Assembly (NCBI GenBank): GCA_964468125.1
Contig: CAYXVF010000035.1
Coordinates: 37,464 to 55,008, forward strand
From: an uncultured Bdellovibrionales bacterium
Lineage (GTDB): Bacteria > Myxococcota > XYA12-FULL-58-9 > CAYXVF01
Length of the DNA stretch: 17,545 bases
Direction of reading: 5' to 3'
This document shows, piece by piece, positions 14,668-17,545 of the stretch. The stretch's first letter is position 1; each line of letters starts with the position of its first letter. The notes beneath the pieces are model-generated. The model saw only the letters and a program-made list of their open reading frames with translations, had not been told where the DNA came from and searched no databases. The position numbers and the translations under genes are program-made.

Positions 14668-17545
14668 CTCGCACTCAAACGTTCTCGCAGCGCGCCCGGG
14701 AGCTGTCGCAGGCGATCCCAGAGGCCGAGCTCACTCCCGCCGGGGAGCTCCCGGAGCTCGCGCTTCCCACTCTCCCGCCTGAGCTGCGGACTCCCCTCGC
14801 GGTTCCGCGCTCGAACGCCCACATCGCTCCGCTCGAGGCACCGGTGCCGCTGGCTCGGGAACGCAATCGCTTCCAGCGCCTCTACGACGCGGCCCACGCG
14901 CGGCTTCGGGAGGCGGCCCACGACGCCGTCCTCGACGACCTTGAGTTGTCGATCGGCGTTGGCGAGATCGAGCTCGAAATCCTCGAAGGACGGCAGCTCA
15001 CGGGCACGCAACGGACCGTGCTCCGCGACGACCCGCGCCTCGCCTTCGCCCGCACGCGGCTGACCCTCGACCTCGACCTTCTTCCGCGCCTCGAGCTCCA
15101 GGGTGTTCGCTGGACCCCGGACGCGCCGATGACGGTCACGATCGATACGCCGATCGAAATCGTCGAGAATGGGCCGGAGGGTCGCCCTCGAGCGGTGCTC
15201 TGGGAAGACGTGCTTCAGGTTTTGAAGGGTCGCACCCTCGAAGCGATCCGCGACGGCGTCCCTCGGCTCGATGGCTCGACTCTAGGTGGCGAGCCCTGGC
15301 CCCCCGGCGGGCGCGTGGAGCTGCGGGGCGCCTTTCGGCAGCGCCTAGACGGTCGGCTCGAGGAGCTGACGGGCAACGCCGAGCGCACCGATGAGTTCTA
15401 CATCACCGCCGAGCGCATCAATGACACCCGTGTCGACCTGCATCTCGGCCGTCTCGACGACACTCGACTCCGTCCACGTTTGAACCTCGAGGAGCTACGC
15501 TTCCACGGCGACACCCACTTCCGCGAGCTGTCGCAGAGCTACTACCCGTTGAATCCGAACGACGAGCTCCATCGCGAAGCGTTTCGAGCGCTCCTCGACT
15601 TTCGATCGGTCTTGGGCGTGGAGGCCTTGCCTACGATCAGCACCGAGGCACTCGACGGGCTCGGCCTCGGTCACGCCCGCTACGATTTCAGTCGCACGCT
15701 CGATCCGTCCCCCCACGTTCGCATTCCCCTGACCCACTTCACCGTAGGTGGCGGCGTTCGACGCTACGACCAGGTAGGTGGATGGGTGCAGCATCCTCGC
15801 CGCCTCGCCGAGGAGGCGCTCGATGCGGACGGCATGGAGGCGCGAATCGAAGAGTTGCTCGACGGTGACCGGTCGACTCTCGAATCCGCCCCCGCTGGGA
15901 CACGCATGGTCACCCACCAACGCACACGCTTTGACTGGAACGCGCTCGTCAGCGCACACACCACCGAGTCGATCCTCAACGGCTATCTGTCCCTCGGTGT
16001 CAGCACCCAAGTGACGCGCGACTCCCTCTCCGAGGGATTCGTTCAGCGCGACGCACGGTGGGTACCCGGGCCGGACGGTCACCCTCGTGTCGTGCTCGCC
16101 TACCGCGCCTATGATCGAGAGCAGCTGCGCATGAGGCTTCGGGCGAGTGCGGGGTTGCGCGTCGGTCCCGAGCTTCGTCGCATGATCCGCGAGTTTGGCG
16201 ACGAGACCCTTAGCCTGGAGGAGAACGCAGCGGAGCTTCTCGGCGGCATCTGGTCCGGCGGTGAGGACTTCGCCGACGAGTATTTTGACCGGCGCGGGGG
16301 GGAGGTCTACCGCGCCGTCGAGCGGGAGGTGAACGACCTCCTCGAGCAACTCGCCCTGACGGCAACGAGCGACAGCCTCGATACGCTCTTCCATCAGACG
16401 CGACTTCGCAGCGAACCGCTCGACCTCCGAGACCCGTCCGATCGCGCCTTCTTTCACCTCGCCATGAGCGACCACCCCGTCGACGCGGTGATCGCCGAAG
16501 GGGCGCGCCTCGACCTCTTCACCGAGCAGCGCTTCGACGAAGACGTGAGCTGGAAGATCGAGCGAAGCTTTCAAGCCCTGGCCCTGAGGATCGCCGTCGA
16601 ACGGGAGGAATGGATCCGCGAGCAGAACCTCGTATTCAAAGACTCCCATGGGAATACCATCGTCGCCACCGGCTGGGACGTCGGCGACGCGTTCGAGCGC
16701 GACGGGCTGTTCGAGGACCTGAAGTTCCGCGCTCGCGCCATCGCGCTCTACGACCGGACGAACGCACGCACCCGCAACTCCGGTCTGGTCGCGCGTTTCG
16801 AGCTCGACGACTGGTCCGTTCTCGGCGACGAAGCGCGGCCACTGCAGGCTCTCGTCCCACTCCTCGATCTCTCGGTTCACACCCTCGAACCCGGGGATCC
16901 ACGGGGACCGCTGCGACTCGACGCATTGTTTGGGCCGATGTTTGGCAGCGGCGAAGGCGAGGCGGCGATGCAGATCAGCCAACGCGGTCTTCGCGAAGCG
17001 ATCATCAAGGGCCCCCTTGTCGCGAGCACATTCCGCAACGTCGTCCTGGAAATGCGTGGAGAGAGCGTCCCGCCCTACCTTCGGCCAAGCCGCGGACCTC
17101 TCGCTGCCGCTTTCGATCCAAGCACGCTGAGGCTCGCCGCATCCGGCGACGTCGCGACCTTTCGCGACTACTTTCCGCACCTGGACATTCACTACATCCG
17201 GGCACTCTTGACCCACAGTGGCTACCGTCCCTCGCGCGCGGACGCGCAGCGCGTGCTCCGAGACCTGCTCGCCCATCATCCGGAGATCGACCCAGATGAT
17301 CCGAGCACGATCGACGCGGTCCGTGAAGATCTCCGGGCCACACGCATGGGGCACATCATCATCGAGTATTGGGCGAACCTCGGCGACTCGGGCTACGCCA
17401 AGGAAGAACGCCGCGATCTCGAGATCGAATGGCTCAACCTGGGGGGGCGCCGGCTCGGTCGAATGCAAGAGGTCGAGGCGCGGGCGGCCGCGTTCTTCCA
17501 GTTGGCCCTCGATCCGATCTTTGTCAACGCGCGCGCCCAGCTCCT
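14646..17545 (+). CDS. Large hypothetical protein, 3'-partial (>=966 aa, continues beyond the window). No recognisable catalytic motif or signal peptide.
   Basis: Hand translation of frame 3 from ATG 14646 to nt 17545 finds no stop codon. The frame opens at 14271. Third codon positions are strongly G/C. It is absent from the ORF track only because no stop lies in the window. The antisense 657-aa ORF 15495..17468 has its wobble positions on this gene's first codon positions, so it is a shadow. Confidence 0.8.
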   Translation, partial: MSDVPPTSRTQTFSQRARELSQAIPEAELTPAGELPELALPTLPPELRTPLAVPRSNAHIAPLEAPVPLARERNRFQRLYDAAHARLREAAHDAVLDDLELSIGVGEIELEILEGRQLTGTQRTVLRDDPRLAFARTRLTLDLDLLPRLELQGVRWTPDAPMTVTIDTPIEIVENGPEGRPRAVLWEDVLQVLKGRTLEAIRDGVPRLDGSTLGGEPWPPGGRVELRGAFRQRLDGRLEELTGNAERTDEFYITAERINDTRVDLHLGRLDDTRLRPRLNLEELRFHGDTHFRELSQSYYPLNPNDELHREAFRALLDFRSVLGVEALPTISTEALDGLGLGHARYDFSRTLDPSPHVRIPLTHFTVGGGVRRYDQVGGWVQHPRRLAEEALDADGMEARIEELLDGDRSTLESAPAGTRMVTHQRTRFDWNALVSAHTTESILNGYLSLGVSTQVTRDSLSEGFVQRDARWVPGPDGHPRVVLAYRAYDREQLRMRLRASAGLRVGPELRRMIREFGDETLSLEENAAELLGGIWSGGEDFADEYFDRRGGEVYRAVEREVNDLLEQLALTATSDSLDTLFHQTRLRSEPLDLRDPSDRAFFHLAMSDHPVDAVIAEGARLDLFTEQRFDEDVSWKIERSFQALALRIAVEREEWIREQNLVFKDSHGNTIVATGWDVGDAFERDGLFEDLKFRARAIALYDRTNARTRNSGLVARFELDDWSVLGDEARPLQALVPLLDLSVHTLEPGDPRGPLRLDALFGPMFGSGEGEAAMQISQRGLREAIIKGPLVASTFRNVVLEMRGESVPPYLRPSRGPLAAAFDPSTLRLAASGDVATFRDYFPHLDIHYIRALLTHSGYRPSRADAQRVLRDLLAHHPEIDPDDPSTIDAVREDLRATRMGHIIIEYWANLGDSGYAKEERRDLEIEWLNLGGRRLGRMQEVEARAAAFFQLALDPIFVNARAQL

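Noticed and set aside
14020-15063. 347-aa plus ORF in frame 1
   Set aside because: It overlaps the Moco oxidoreductase antisense, then continues out of frame with the true plus gene (frame 3). It is R/S/P-rich junk.
15300-17447. G7/C6 homopolymer tracts (for example 16296-16302, 17441-17447, 15300-15305) as phase-variation slip sites in the large gene
   Set aside because: With about 35% G and 35% C, runs of 6-7 are expected many times by chance in 17.5 kb. There is no promoter-proximal or start-proximal placement that would suggest programmed phase variation.
15495-17468. 657-aa minus-strand ORF listed in the ORF track
   Set aside because: It lies entirely antisense to a longer (>=966 codon) plus-strand frame that shows strong GC3 periodicity. 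Its own wobble positions fall on the plus gene's first codon positions. It is a typical high-GC shadow ORF.

Overview
High-GC (~68%) chromosomal window, most likely from a deltaproteobacterial or myxobacterial-like genome, with an envelope-centred, mostly conserved-hypothetical gene set. From 5' to 3': (1) a 5'-truncated secreted protein ending in an 8-Cys module (+), convergent with (2) an SPFH/band-7 (slipin-like) protein (-). (3) An atypical tRNA-like gene (-), followed by a low-GC pocket holding a small self-contained transcription unit, then two secreted hypothetical proteins, a 233-aa hypothetical and a signal-peptide/outer-membrane-like protein, all on -. (4) A canonical type-II tRNA-Leu(CAG) (-) transcribed divergently from a DUF3015-like small secreted protein (+). 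(5) A large DUF4105 (Lnb N-terminal-like) protein with a C-terminal beta-barrel-like domain (+), convergent with an OMP beta-barrel protein (-). (6) A three-gene, translationally coupled operon: active M16 zinc peptidase (HxxEH), inactive M16 lipoprotein partner, and a PlsC-type lysophospholipid acyltransferase (+). (7) A sulfite-oxidase-family molybdopterin oxidoreductase (-). (8) A >=966-codon hypothetical gene on + (14646 to the window end) that is missing from the supplied ORF track because it has no stop codon in the window; I found it by hand translation. I see no CRISPR array, integrase, transposase or recognisable defence genes. The points most worth a second look are the hidden giant ORF, the odd CAG-anticodon tRNA-like gene, the small promoter-ORF-terminator unit, and the peptidase/acyltransferase plus DUF4105-barrel envelope neighbourhood.
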